A stretch of DNA of 64,000 nt, taken from positions 1,696,001 to 1,760,000 of the forward strand of contig CAWGMQ010000010.1 in assembly GCA_963823665.1 (NCBI GenBank), given 5' to 3'. Both the position numbers and the translations under genes were made by a program. Under the pieces are notes generated by a model. It was not told the origin of the DNA. It saw only the letters and a list, made by a program, of their open reading frames with translations, and did no database searches. Below are positions 24,692 through 35,632 of the stretch, piece by piece. The number at the start of each line of letters is the position of its first letter. Positions within the stretch are counted from its first letter, which is position 1. Source of the stretch: an uncultured Planctomycetota bacterium (lineage in GTDB: Bacteria > Planctomycetota > Planctomycetia > Isosphaerales > Isosphaeraceae).

Positions 24692-27600
24692 TCATTGCTG
24701 CAGAAGCTTCCGACGTGATTCGAGGCGGGTCATCGCTTCATCCGCGCCACTGACCGGGCAATACGTCTCAATGGCAAGCCGAATGTCCTTCTCCATTTCA
24801 TCGACGCCTTCGGCACCGGAGAGTCCTAGAGCGACCTCGTAAGCCGCGAGGGCATCGCTTGTCCTGCCGCTAACTAGCAACGCAATCGCGAGATTGGCGT
24901 GAGGTGTCCAATCCTCTGGATTGAGCGAGATTGCCTGTTGCTCGTCCTCGATCGCTTCATTCTTGCGACCGGCGAGGAAACGCAACCAGCCCCGGCTGCA
25001 CAGGGCCGCGGCGCGCTCCTTCGCGTTTGTACCCTGCATCTCGATCACGGTTGTGTAATCGCCTATCGCCTTGGCCGGCTCCCCCCGTCTAGTGTGAATC
25101 GCGCCGCGGTGGTTAAGTGCTTGAGAACCTAAGTTCATCGGGAATCTCCGTCATTCCAATAATTGCTGTGTAGTCGGCCATGGCGTCGTCCAGCCTCTGA
25201 AGCTGAGCGCTGGCCGCCCCTCTGAAATAAAGTGCCTGCGATTTCGGCTGCCCGGAAATCTCGGTGGTCTCGATCACCGTTGTGAAGTCGGTTATCGCGT
25301 TTTCGAGCTGGCCGAGTTTGGAGTAGATCAAACCACGGCGGCCAAGGTTTTGAGCTCTTCCCTCAGGGGAAGCAGCACTCAACCCGAGCAGCAACGTGAA
25401 GTCGGCGATTGCCTTCTGAAGTTCGCCGACTTGTTCATAGATCGACCCTCGCATAGAGAGGGCGTCGGCTTTCAGTTCCGCGAGGTCCGCGGGCATTTGA
25501 ATCACGGCTGACATGTCGGCGATCGCCTTGGCTGATTCGTTCTTATCACGATGTGCCAAGCCACGGTAGAAGCAAGCGTTGGCTAGCACATCGGACGAAA
25601 CCCCCGGCAGTTCGATCACGACGGTACAGTCCGCGATTGCAGAGTCGTGCTCCGCTTGTCGACTGTGGCTGATGCAGCGCAAGAGCAGAGCCCTCGCTCT
25701 GGCATCGGCGCGAGCGTCAGGCATTCCGACGACAGCCGAATAGTCCGCGATGGCGCTCCCGAAGTCGCGTTGCTCGGCGAACGCGACGCCGCGATTCATC
25801 AGCGCTTCGGCGCGCTCCTCAACGGGGACGTCCTTCATGTCGATGACATCCGTGAAGTCGCACATCGCACGGTGCAATTCGCCGCGTTTCTCGTGCGCCA
25901 GACCTCGGAAGATCTGAGCCCTCGCGCGCTGGTCCACCGGAATGTTAGATGCGTGGATGGCGGCGGTAAGGTCGTCGATCGCCTTCTCGAACTGACCCGC
26001 TTCCCAATACGATAATCCACGATACACAACGGCGAACGATTTCTGGTCGGCTGGAGCGTTCGACATCTCAAGCACGGCGCCGTAATCGGTGATTGCCTCC
26101 TTGGGTTGCTTCAGGAGATCGAGTTGTAGGCCTCGGCCAATCAGAGCGGAGGCTCTCTCCAGGGGCGACGGGTCAAAATCCTGAATAACCGCCGCAAAGT
26201 CGGCGATCGCTTGTTGCGACTCGCCCATTTCGCCGTATGCGAAGCCGCGACAGAGGTGCGCCTTGCATTTCTGATCGGCCGTTGCGCCTGGCAGGTCGAT
26301 CACTGCCGTGAAATCGACTGTCGCCAGTTTGGGTTGAGCGGTCTGTTTAAGCGCCGCCGCACGGCCAAGCAAAGCTTTGATCAGCCAATCCTCGCGCCGC
26401 GCAGGCTCGTCTGCCGTCCGGATGACAACATTGTGGAACGGACTAGCGTCGGCTATGCCGCCCTGCTGGCCAAATGCGAAGGATGGTACGACTAGAAGCC
26501 GAGTTTGCCGCTCGGTCAATGTTCCGAGCACTTGGATGCAGGAGGCGTAGTCCGCAATCGCTTTTTCCGGTTCGCTGATCTGGAGGTGCATTGTGCCACG
26601 TTCGGACCGCGCCAGGGCCTTCCTGTCGGCGGGCGCGTCTGGCATCTCGATTACAGCTGCGTAGTCCGCGAACGCTTTCTCGGGCCTTCCGAGTTGACGA
26701 AATGCCGCGCCGCGATTGACCAACGCTCCAGCCTTCTGTGCGGGAGAGGCCGCGATTTGCATCACGGAGTCATAATCGGCAATGGCCTTTTCTGGTTCGC
26801 CTTTGTGACCGTGTCTCAATCCGCGGTTGAAGTGTGCGCCGGATTTCTGTTCAGGCGATGCTTCCTCCGATTGAAGGATCTGTTCGCAAAGGCTCATCGC
26901 GGCATCGAAACGCAGGTCGGCGAGCCCAGCGTCCGCGGTTCTCATCGCCCATTTGGTTAAAACATTCGCCCAGCTTATGAACACCGCGATACGAGTCGAC
27001 GGGTCTCCGTCGTAAAGCACCCGGCATACCCGATCCCAGAGGACAAAGTCCGAGTCTCCGGTGAGGGTCTCGAGGTCGGTGGTCGAGAGAAGATGTGCAA
27101 GAAACGGCGCCGCTCCGGGACTCCAGGTGGACCGGAGTAGTTTGGTTAACGCACCGGAGAACTCGGAGGGCGATCGAGGTTGCTTGAAAGCCGTCGCAAG
27201 AAGATTGTCGTCGAACGAATCGCCGGCTGATCGCAGGACCTCTCGTGTCAGCTTTTCATATTCCTCGGCTAAGTACTCATCCGTGTAGCCGCGCGTGAAG
27301 ATCGTTTCTTTCAATGCCAACTGCGGGTGGTATGACAGTTTAACACTAACGTCGCCCAGACCTTGCTCAACCTGCTTGAGCCGCTCTCGCTTCCCCTCGA
27401 TCTCCCCGGCGGGGACGAGACTCGCCACGATCATGCATGGCTTTGATCCCGGCGCAGGGCCGGTTTCTTCATAGACCCCGACCTCAATAAGGAACTTACG
27501 AGTTCCGGCCACGTTCTGGTCATTCATCGCTGTGAGGACGACGAGCTGGTCGGAGAGCGGCCCGATGCAGAGACCCCCGATCTCCGTGATGCCGGTGCGG

Positions 27601-28148
27601 CTGTCGATCAGAACATAGTCGTAAGAAGCAGATCGCGGATAGTCCGGCCCGTAGTAGTCGGGAACTTCGATCGGAAACCGGAGGCTTTGAAGCCACGCTC
27701 TTAGCACACTTCCCGTCTTTACCAGCGCTTGCTGATCGCAGTCCCTGATGGCGAGTTCAGAAAGTCTGTCGTAGTACGCTCGCTCCTCGTCCGCCGGAAT
27801 GATGTCGAGACGACCGAACTCGCCGAAGAGCGATGCAATCCGATCTGGATCGTTCTTCGCGATAGGGACAATGTATTCAGCGGCAGGGCGATATGATGCA
27901 GGGACTAGCGGTAGAGAGACCGTCCGGGCCCAGCTCACCAAGTCGAGAATGTCGCACGGAGCGTAACGTGGAATCTCCTTGTCTCGGTGAAGAAATCCGC
28001 TAAGGCCTGGCGCCTCCAGGTCCATATCCAGGATAAGGACGTGCCGGCCTTTAGCCGCAAGGGCGAACGCCGAGTTCACGAGTGCCATGCTTCGGCCGAC
28101 CCCGCCCTTGAAGCTGTAGAACGCAAGGATGGTAGGCGTGTCTTTCAT
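24692..28148 (-). CDS. KGGVGR-motif ParA/MinD-like ATPase fused to a long TPR array (~1150 aa); one apparent frameshift at ~25127
   Basis: FYSFKGGVGRSMALVN, LILDMDLEAPGL and YDYVLIDSRTGITEIGG, followed by more than 15 repeats of about 38 aa (AL..RG......G....AIADY..VI.M.DA). ORF 24692-25138 continues the TPRs. Confidence 0.88.
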
Positions 28149-28962
28149 CCCGCGATTGACTGCCGAACGTCGATGGCCTTGAGCCTGGCAATGCCACGCA
28201 ATTTCGTTCCCACAGGCGTGCCAGTCGATTCCACCGGCGGACGAGAATTCCCGGACGGGATCGACCGCAGCACGTCGCTCAAGTTCTTTATCTCGCCGAG
28301 GTACGCATCCCAGGGCACGGCCGGAAACTCGTTCTTCGTGAACGCGTCGAACGTGAGCCTGATCCGCTCAGGATCTTGGGCCAGAGAGTAACGCAAGTGA
28401 GCCTGCCAGCGCAACTGCCGATTCCTGGCGGCACAGAGCATGAAATCCGCCATTCGTTTCAGAGACGCCCTGTCGCAGCCCTGTTGGTACATGCTGTTAA
28501 AGCGTTCCTTCAGGCAGACGGCCCACTCGCCCAGGAGTGCCTCAAGTGCCGCGTCAGAAGCGGTTGTGGCGCGAATTGACTCGTTACCCCGTTCGAGACC
28601 ACGCCAAAGCAACGGTTCGTCACGAAACACTTCGGGCCAGGCAGCTCGACCTGTTGTGTCGAGGAACGTTCGAGCCGCGAAAACCACCATCGGATATCGT
28701 CCAGACTGTGCGCCGAATCGCACACGCACGATCGCGGAAAAGGAAGCGGCTCTCGGAATTTTGTCCATCGCCCTGCCTCGGCGAGCTCTGTTGCCTGTCC
28801 CTCATCGTACCAGGAGAGCTTTGCCGCATCTTCTACAGGACCGAGCACGCAGTGCATTCCGTCCGATTGGCGCCGCGCGATCGGCAATGCGCGACCGCAC
28901 TCCACGACCGGCGATCCATTAAAGCCGACAATTTCCAAATCATGATCTCGCGCCAGCATCAT
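28145..28962 (-). CDS. Uncharacterised protein (~270 aa), middle gene of the operon; probable frameshift at ~28735
   Basis: ATG 28962 overlaps the upstream TGA (ATGA) and reads MMLARDHDLEIVGFNGSP...WTKFREPLPF, then continues in ORF 28145-28768. Its TGA overlaps the ATPase ATG (ATGA). Confidence 0.6.
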
Positions 28963-29789
28963 CGGAGACATTGCTCCTGTGCCCATTGCTCGATTCGTTC
29001 GCAGAACATCGGCGTCCCCGCCGGTTCGAGCGCGCCAGGTCCGGAAAAGAATCGTTCGAGGGGGGTCGGCGGATCGCCTGGCGGGGACACTCCGTCCTCG
29101 TCCAGTCGCCGCCGTAGGGACTCCATCGTGGGCTCATCGGCACACCAAGCCGCGCGATCTTCAATCGGTTGACCCTCGTGAAATCGTACCTCGAATGTCC
29201 AGGCCCGCCAATCGCTGTTCAGTTCGTATAGCCCTTCGGGATCGAACGGTTGCGGTTTGCCCGACCAGTAGTCGACTGAGGATAGGAAGTGCGCTGCGAG
29301 CACTCGGGCGAACACATCGCGCCAGCGATCCAAAGGGATTTCAGACGATCGGAAATACTCTGTTCGTTCCGCGTCGCCATCCGTGGGCGAAAGGCGCAGT
29401 TTCACAACACGCTTCGGATGGACGAGCCCACCGGTGTCAAAGGGCGTCGCGGAACCGGTATGACCGGCCTCGCACGGTGGCAGGAAAGCGAGTGCAACGG
29501 AGCCAAATTTAGGGTGTGCTCGTCCCGCATAGAAGTACACGCAGCTTAAAAGCCCGAGTAATTGTTCCGCGCGCCTCGTGCCGCGCGAACTGCTCCCATC
29601 ATCATCGGACGCGAGGATTTCGTGTGGCGCGTTCTGCACCATTGTCTAGAACGGGCTCTTACTTCCGGTCACATGAACCAGGGCGATGCGCTTCGACACA
29701 TCGTGGCAACTGGGCAACCTCCGTTTGTAGCCGCCACTGTCAAACGGTGGGCTTGAAGCGCGTTCGTCGAGATCCGTGAACACAGGCAT
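28959..29789 (-). CDS. Putative DarT-like (H-Y-E type) ADP-ribosyltransferase-fold protein with an in-frame TAG at codon 48
   Basis: ATG 29789 reads MPVFTDLDER...IALVHVTGSKSPF*TMVQNAPHEILAS...CVYFYAGRAHP...ATPFDTGG...WTFEVRFH. HxT, YFY and terminal E fall in ART-like order. The TAG occupies 29646-29648, in frame with ORF 28959-29642. Confidence 0.55.
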
Positions 29790-30070
29790 CGGCAATGATG
29801 ATCCGTTTGGTTAGTCGAGTGAAGGCTGGATACGATTCAGGAAAGTGGTAACGTTCTATACATAAATGATATCGGCCGTCACAGAGAAACGATAGAACGG
29901 AACATGGCGACGCAGAGGTGTTGCCGACCGGCCACCAAGGCACGCCATATTCGGCCCGGCCGTCACGTCGCGCACCGACTTGCGGGGCGCTGCTGACTTC
30001 GAGAGAATAAGAACCGTGGCAGCGGCCCAGCATATCGGCGGAGGCCATCCACAAAACCGGCGGAGTGGCT

Positions 30071-30742
30071 ATGAAAGCGGATCCTGATCACGCTCCCAAG
30101 CGATTCGTACTGCGGTTGAGCGTCCGCATGTTCATGACGCTCATCCTCCTTCTCGGCGCCTGGCTCGGGTGGGTCGCCCGTCAAGCCGATCGCCAGCGGC
30201 ACGCCGTCGCGGCGATCGAGAGGGCCGGAGGCCGCGTCTATTACGATTGGCAATACGCCGGCGGCACGACTAGCGGCGCCGAGCTTCCCCTTGACGGGCC
30301 CTGGGTGCCGCGCTCGCTCGTGAACCTGCTCGGCCCTGACTATTTCGGGACGGTGATATCCGTGCAATTTGAGGGATGCGGTACGGACGAGGTCCTGGCT
30401 AAAGTCGCGCAGCTCAACGGGCTCGAACAACTGACACTCTGCATGTCCCAGGTCAGCGACGATGGAATGCGCCGGATCGCGGGCCTGCCCCGCTTGCAAC
30501 GGCTGAATCTCCAGGACACCGCCGTGGGCGACGCCGGGCTGAAGCACTTGGAATCGCTGCCGCGATTGCGCATGCTGACGCTGCCAAACAATGTCACCGA
30601 CGCGGGTCTGGTTCGCCTTGCGGGCATGCGAGGCCTGCGCACGGTCTTCATCCATCGCGAGCAGAGCTGCCAGTTCCTGACGGAAGAGAGCCTGCAAAGG
30701 CTCCGCTCCAGGCGGCCTGACCTGGCGATCGACCCACCTTGA
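30071..30742 (+). CDS. Membrane-anchored leucine-rich-repeat protein (planctomycete type)
   Basis: RLSVRMFMTLILLLGAWLGW..RQ..AVAAIERAGGRVYYDW; LRRs L.L..TAVGDAGLKHL..LP.LR.L. Confidence 0.85.
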   Translation: MKADPDHAPKRFVLRLSVRMFMTLILLLGAWLGWVARQADRQRHAVAAIERAGGRVYYDWQYAGGTTSGAELPLDGPWVPRSLVNLLGPDYFGTVISVQFEGCGTDEVLAKVAQLNGLEQLTLCMSQVSDDGMRRIAGLPRLQRLNLQDTAVGDAGLKHLESLPRLRMLTLPNNVTDAGLVRLAGMRGLRTVFIHREQSCQFLTEESLQRLRSRRPDLAIDPP

Positions 30743-30788
30743 GGCCCACACGAGGGCCAGACCCGAGAGGACCAGCGGAGTCTTACCC

Positions 30789-30992
30789 ATGCCCCAGGAC
30801 AAGGAAAAACCAGACGATCGGCTCGGTGAGCTCGCGAAGTCTTCTGATCAAGAGCCCGGATACTCGAATCCACCGTCGCCGAAGACCGCAGAGGAGCGGT
30901 TCGAGGAACAAGTCCAAAGACTGCTCCGCTCCGTTGATCCGTCGCATGTTGACGATACCTGGGAGGGATGCGGCGGAAACCCCGCCCGTTGA
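30789..30992 (+). CDS. Small acidic peptide (67 aa) of unknown function
   Basis: ATG with GGAG 8 nt upstream. Fills the gap between the LRR gene and the convergent halogenase. Ends DDTWEGCGGNPAR. Confidence 0.4.
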   Translation: MPQDKEKPDDRLGELAKSSDQEPGYSNPPSPKTAEERFEEQVQRLLRSVDPSHVDDTWEGCGGNPAR

Positions 30993-31097
30993 ACCTCCGC
31001 GCCCGAGCGACCGATGTCTCGGGCCAGCCGAAGAAGCGCCTTGAGCTCCGGAGTGCTCGGACGACACACGCAAGCTGCTCGATCAACTGGCAACCAT

Positions 31098-32660
31098 TCA
31101 CACCAGCGGGTGCTTGAGTCGACCTTCATGCACCGCCGCGATCGCCTCCTCGATTGTGAGTGCGCCTTTTGCCGTCTCGTCGAGACTGGTCCATAGCTCG
31201 TCGCATCTCCGGCGCTCCTCCTCACCGATCGCGGGCGATACACGTGAAGGAACCTGCATACCTAGAAGCAAGGTAAGGTAACCGGCGAACCCGAAGATAC
31301 TCCAGGGGGGGAGAGTCACTTGACCTCGCTCGGCAGGGTCCGGGATCATCGATGCAAGCGCTGGACCGAGTTGCTCATATGTATCGACGAAACCCTGAAG
31401 CGAGCCCAGCGGGATTGACGAGTGACACCACCTCCAGAACTCCGACTCACGCGCTCGATTGAATTTGTAGTGGATCGCGATGAAGTCACGAATGTCATCC
31501 CATCGCTGCGCTGCTTGCGTGTTGTACGCGGCGATCCGTCCCGCGTCGGGACAGAGCATACTCAGGTCGAGGTCTCGAATCAGCCACCTGACTTGACTTG
31601 CGATCATGTGCAGCCCCGTCGACTCAAGCGGCTCCACGAACCCGGAAGAATTGCCGATGGCGATCACATTCTTGAGCCAGCAAGTCTCATAGCGGCCCGA
31701 AGGGAAACGGATCGTCCTGACATTGGACGGCGACCCCTGTGTTTCACGCAGATATTCTGCACGCGCCTCATCCTCACTGATATGGTTCGAGCTGAACACA
31801 TAAGCTTGATTAATCTTCTCGACGTGTTCGATTCTCCACATCCAGCCGCATTCCATCGTCGTGCACGTCGTGCAGGGACGGACCGGTTCAGGGCGCGCCC
31901 ATTCGCCGACGATAGCCCTGTCGCACGCAAGTACATCGGCGTAGGAAATGAACTTCACACCAAGTTGCTTGAGAAACAGCGACGAAAACCCGGTGCAATC
32001 GACAAACAAGTCGGCGGTAAAACTCTCTCCAGTCTCGGTCTGGATCGAGGCGACGGCGCCGGAACTGTCGGTGAGAATTCCCCGCAGCTCGCCATCGTGA
32101 AACCGGATTCCTCTCTCTCTCGCCACGGTGCCCAGGAAGCCCGTGAAACGCTGATTCTCGATGTGGTATCCATAAGGAAGGAAATGATGCTCACCTGTCA
32201 CCGGATCACGAACGACCGGGCTCTTGTTCCTGCGGATGAGCGCGCTCGAAAGCGCGAGGTCTCGGCCGAGTGCGCCGTAGTAGACTCCGAGTCGTTGAGA
32301 CAGGCGATCATCCCGGCGCAGGATCTGCTTGTCGAACGCAAAATTAAAAGAGTTCGTGGCTTCGCTTCCCCACCGTTCGAACCGCAAGCCAACCTTCCAG
32401 GTAGGCCAAACGGCTCGATGAAAACGGCCCGGCTCGAGCTCGAGATTCGTGTGCAGGAAGAACGGAATCGCGCCGGTCGTCGATTCTCCCACGCCAATGA
32501 TCGGCTTTCGTGTCGACGCGAGAATCCGGACATCAAGCTCTGGAAACCGCGTCTTGAGTGCCAACGCCGCAAGCAAGCCCGCGCTACCTTCGCCCACGAC
32601 AACGACCGATGAAATGGGTTTTGGCATCGTCGGAATGGTTTTCCCATCCGGTGCACGCAT
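31098..32660 (-). CDS. Flavin-dependent tryptophan halogenase family protein
   Basis: GEGSAG (GxGxxG), GVGESTT, catalytic-Lys region PTWKVGLRF, DLFVDCTGF, WMWRI (WxWxI) and GFVEPLESTG. Alternative start at 32627. Confidence 0.92.
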   Translation of the reverse strand: MRAPDGKTIPTMPKPISSVVVVGEGSAGLLAALALKTRFPELDVRILASTRKPIIGVGESTTGAIPFFLHTNLELEPGRFHRAVWPTWKVGLRFERWGSEATNSFNFAFDKQILRRDDRLSQRLGVYYGALGRDLALSSALIRRNKSPVVRDPVTGEHHFLPYGYHIENQRFTGFLGTVARERGIRFHDGELRGILTDSSGAVASIQTETGESFTADLFVDCTGFSSLFLKQLGVKFISYADVLACDRAIVGEWARPEPVRPCTTCTTMECGWMWRIEHVEKINQAYVFSSNHISEDEARAEYLRETQGSPSNVRTIRFPSGRYETCWLKNVIAIGNSSGFVEPLESTGLHMIASQVRWLIRDLDLSMLCPDAGRIAAYNTQAAQRWDDIRDFIAIHYKFNRARESEFWRWCHSSIPLGSLQGFVDTYEQLGPALASMIPDPAERGQVTLPPWSIFGFAGYLTLLLGMQVPSRVSPAIGEEERRRCDELWTSLDETAKGALTIEEAIAAVHEGRLKHPLV

Positions 32661-32937
32661 GCCAAGGCGTTAGATAATCGCATGCGCGGCGAATTCCTGG
32701 AGTTTCAAGCCCCGTCGGAGGAGACTAGCATTTCGATCGGCCCGTTGAAAGAGCCTCTCCTCGCATGGACGGGGCGAGGGAAACCAATACGACACCGAAT
32801 TCTTGCATTATCCGTGTTTCATCAGGTTTCATCCGTGGCTAAAATCTCCGGCGCTCTTCCCTTTCACTTCTCAATTTCCAGCCCGAACGGGTCTTGTCCG
32901 CGGCCTGATCCAATCGCCTCCGCGCTGCCGTTTTACC

Positions 32938-33001
32938 GTGAACCCATGAACCCAGACACCCATTCTCTGGTGAACCCATGAACCCGAACACCCATTCTCT
33001 G
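32938..33001. repeat. Two 32-bp direct repeats near the 3' end of the Y1 transposase element
   Basis: GTGAACCCATGAACCCAGACACCCATTCTCTG / GTGAACCCATGAACCCGAACACCCATTCTCTG. Confidence 0.8.
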
Positions 33002-33308
33002 GAGGGGGTTGCGGGGTTAACCAGGCACACGTGACTTGCACTGGTTCGCGTCCCGCGATTGCTAGGTGCCACACGGCCGACGCCGCGCAGAGCTGGTGCT
33101 GCGCCATGCACTGTCAGCAACGGGATGCGCTCGGTTCGGCGCCGGCGCTTGCACGCGTCGGTTGCTGCGAACCACTCGATACGGACGGCGCTGCTTCGTC
33201 GCTTGCCGCGCCAGCGAAAGAGAACGCCGCTGGCCGGCCTCTAATCCAATCGAATTCCACGTCTGCCGCTACGACTGGGGCTCGCGAGAGAGAGCGCGAG
33301 CCGCTTAC

Positions 33309-34527
33309 TCAAAGAAACGCGATTTGCGCGGCCGCCTTCCCCTGAAACCAGCGCCGTGAACAACGCGGTGCGGCGCGCACAAGCGAACTCGCTCGACCTG
33401 CCGCTTGCTTGAACATGCGACCAAAGTCGCGCACCGTGCGCACCCAATTCGATCGATCCACTCCCAGCCTGTCCAGGATGGGAGCCAGGTCTTCAGGGAT
33501 TGCCCCACGCTTGTCGCGCCGCAGTTCCCGGCCCGTCCAATCGAGCAGCATCACGTACTTTCTGGTCTCGATCGGCAGAAACCCTTGATCCGACGCCCGC
33601 GCAGGGAGCGGCCGTTTTGACGCCGCCTGGCGCGGCACGGTCGAGACCGTGGCAGAAGAGCCAGCACGTGCCCGACGCCCCGCGGTACCGACAAGGTCGC
33701 TCGCGATCGGTTCGCGCGGCGGAACCGTTTGTGACGGTGTAGCCGGCGAGCTCTCGGCCTGCCCGGTTCTGGGAACGACGTCGGTCTCCCGCAGCGTCAG
33801 TTCGCACAGCCAAGCATCCGGGCGATCAAAAGATTCGGCCGGGCTTTCTTCGCGCGATGAACGCAAACCACCCGGAGGTCCAGCAAGGCTCAGAATGCGC
33901 TCACATCCCGACGTGAAGTGCGATTCCTCCGGCGTACTGGCGATTCCGGCCCGAATCGGGTTGAGATCGACATAGACGCTGCACGCCAAAAGCGCTGCCT
34001 CATCGAGTAGCGGCTGCGACTTGAAGCGACCGGCCCAGAATCTGCCTGCCGAGCCGTCCTCGCGATTGGCCGCTCGGGCGACCCATTCGCACAAGCACCT
34101 CATGAACCACGACAGACTCGACAGGCGGCCGCGCAGGGCCGCCATCCTGCCAGCGTCGGCCATGAGCATCGCCAGGTCGTGGTCGTCAGGCTCCGCCGGC
34201 TCACCCGTAACATCGTCACGTTGCGGAAAGAGCTTGCGCCAGCGCAGTGCGACTTCAGCGTCGCACCATTGCTCGACTCTGTCGGGTCGATTGCGGACCA
34301 CGAGATGCAGGTGGTTGCTCATAATGGCATAACCGCACACCTCAACGCCGAACAGTCCGGCGAGAGCGCGTAGCCGATCGAGAATCCATGCCTTTCGGTG
34401 AGAGTAATCACGACCGGAGTAGGAGTCGGTGCCGCACACGAAAGCTCTTCGGACGCACCGAGCAATGCAGTGATAGTCACCGACGAACTCCTCGTGAACG
34501 ATGTCGCGACGTGCAGCAGGCAGGCAC
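33309..34527 (-). mobile_element. HUH/Y1 tyrosine transposase (RAYT-like, YHC..RCVRRAF family); probable 1-bp indel near the start
   Basis: ARRDIV...GDYHCIARCVRRAFVCG, YAIMSNHLHLVV (HUH), LSWFMR, GRFWAGRFKSQPLLDE and YVDLNPIRAG (catalytic Tyr). GTG 34527 with GGAG SD. Confidence 0.88.
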
Positions 34528-34561
34528 GTAAAGCTCCATCACCAGGCAGGTGCAGCACGTT

Positions 34562-35055
34562 AGCTTGTCGCCGAAAGCCGTTGCGGTCGTGGTGCCGGCC
34601 CTGCATGCGTAGTTCCACTGCGCCTCGGTGGGTAGCCGGAATTCCCAGCCCTCGGGAAGCTCGTTGGATTTGTGCGCCAGCAGGGTGAGCTTGTGGCAGA
34701 ACGCCTCGGCCTCGGCGAAGTTGACGTTGCCGACGGGGTAGTCGTCGCCTTCGGGCAGCTCGGCCGTCAGCGGGCCGGGGAGCGTTCCGACGACGCGCTT
34801 CCAGTCGCCCTGGGTGACCTCATACTTCCCGGTATAGAATCCCTGGGTGAGCGTGACCTCGACCTGGTCTTCGCTGGGACGCCGCTCTCGCTCGCCGGGA
34901 GGGCTTCCCATCGTGAACTTGCCGGGCGGCCACCAGCAGAGCTCGATGCCGGCGATGGTGCGCTCTTCGCGGGGCTTCTTGCCTGCAAAGTCGTCCGGCG
35001 CGGCGGCGAGGCCGGCGGCGAAAAGGAGCATGATGGTCAATGCGAACAGCCGCAT
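34562..35055 (-). pseudogene. FGE-sulfatase/SUMF1 family gene, 3'-truncated at the transposase element
   Basis: Signal peptide, PPGKFTMGSP, GKYEVTQ, YPVGNVNF and FRLPTEAQWNYACRAGTTT. Similarity stops after AFGDKL, and the expected N.WGL.DM.GN..EW half was not found. Confidence 0.8.
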
Positions 35056-35190
35056 GGGAGTCCCCTCAGACCAGATTCGTCGCTCTTGAGGCCGAAGGCA
35101 AGTGCGGAACGGCGGTTCTTGCGGGGGATCTCGCGCAAACGGCCCATCTTTTGTGCGTGGCTGGATTCCGGTCTTCCGGCGCCTCTTAGT

Positions 35191-35219
35191 TTGCGTCCGC
35201 CTCGTCGTTTACTTATAAT
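35191..35219 (+). promoter_or_regulatory. Sigma70-type promoter upstream of the TA-like pair
   Basis: TTGCGT-17 bp-TATAAT. Confidence 0.55.
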
Positions 35220-35305
35220 ATCAGCAGGATTCCGTGATCGGCCCTCCGGCCGCTGGCGATGGTCATGGGAAGCTGTCCGAGCGGGATTGAGTCAGGAGAC
35301 AACAC

Positions 35306-35632
35306 ATGCCGGATACGACTAGCTCGCTGCAAAAGGAAACGGACAGTTTGCTTGAGAAAATGTCCATCGAGAAGCGCGAGTACTTGCTCCGGCGCCTGGC
35401 GACCGACAAACTTGCGGGCGTGCAGTCGTCGGGTCCGATTCCTGTCCTGAGTCCCGATGACGGAACAGTTGTTGGATACCTGCGAAAAGTGGTGCCCCCC
35501 TCGGATCAGGAAATAGCGCTGGTGCACGAACGTGCGAGACGGATGGATCTGTCGGCGGGACGGAGCACGCGCGAGCTTCTCGATCGAATGAGAGCGGGCG
35601 ACGTTGATGGGGTTGAGAAGTTCATCCAGTGA
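35306..35632 (+). CDS. Putative antitoxin (108 aa)
   Basis: AGGAG SD; small protein with ...GTVVGYL...GRSTRELLDRM; its stop overlaps the likely GTG of a RelE-like gene. Confidence 0.6.
   Translation: MPDTTSSLQKETDSLLEKMSIEKREYLLRRLATDKLAGVQSSGPIPVLSPDDGTVVGYLRKVVPPSDQEIALVHERARRMDLSAGRSTRELLDRMRAGDVDGVEKFIQ

Noticed and set aside
24692..28148. Plasmid or chromosome partitioning ParA
   Set aside because: Deviant KGGVGR motif, fusion to a long TPR array and no ParB neighbour.
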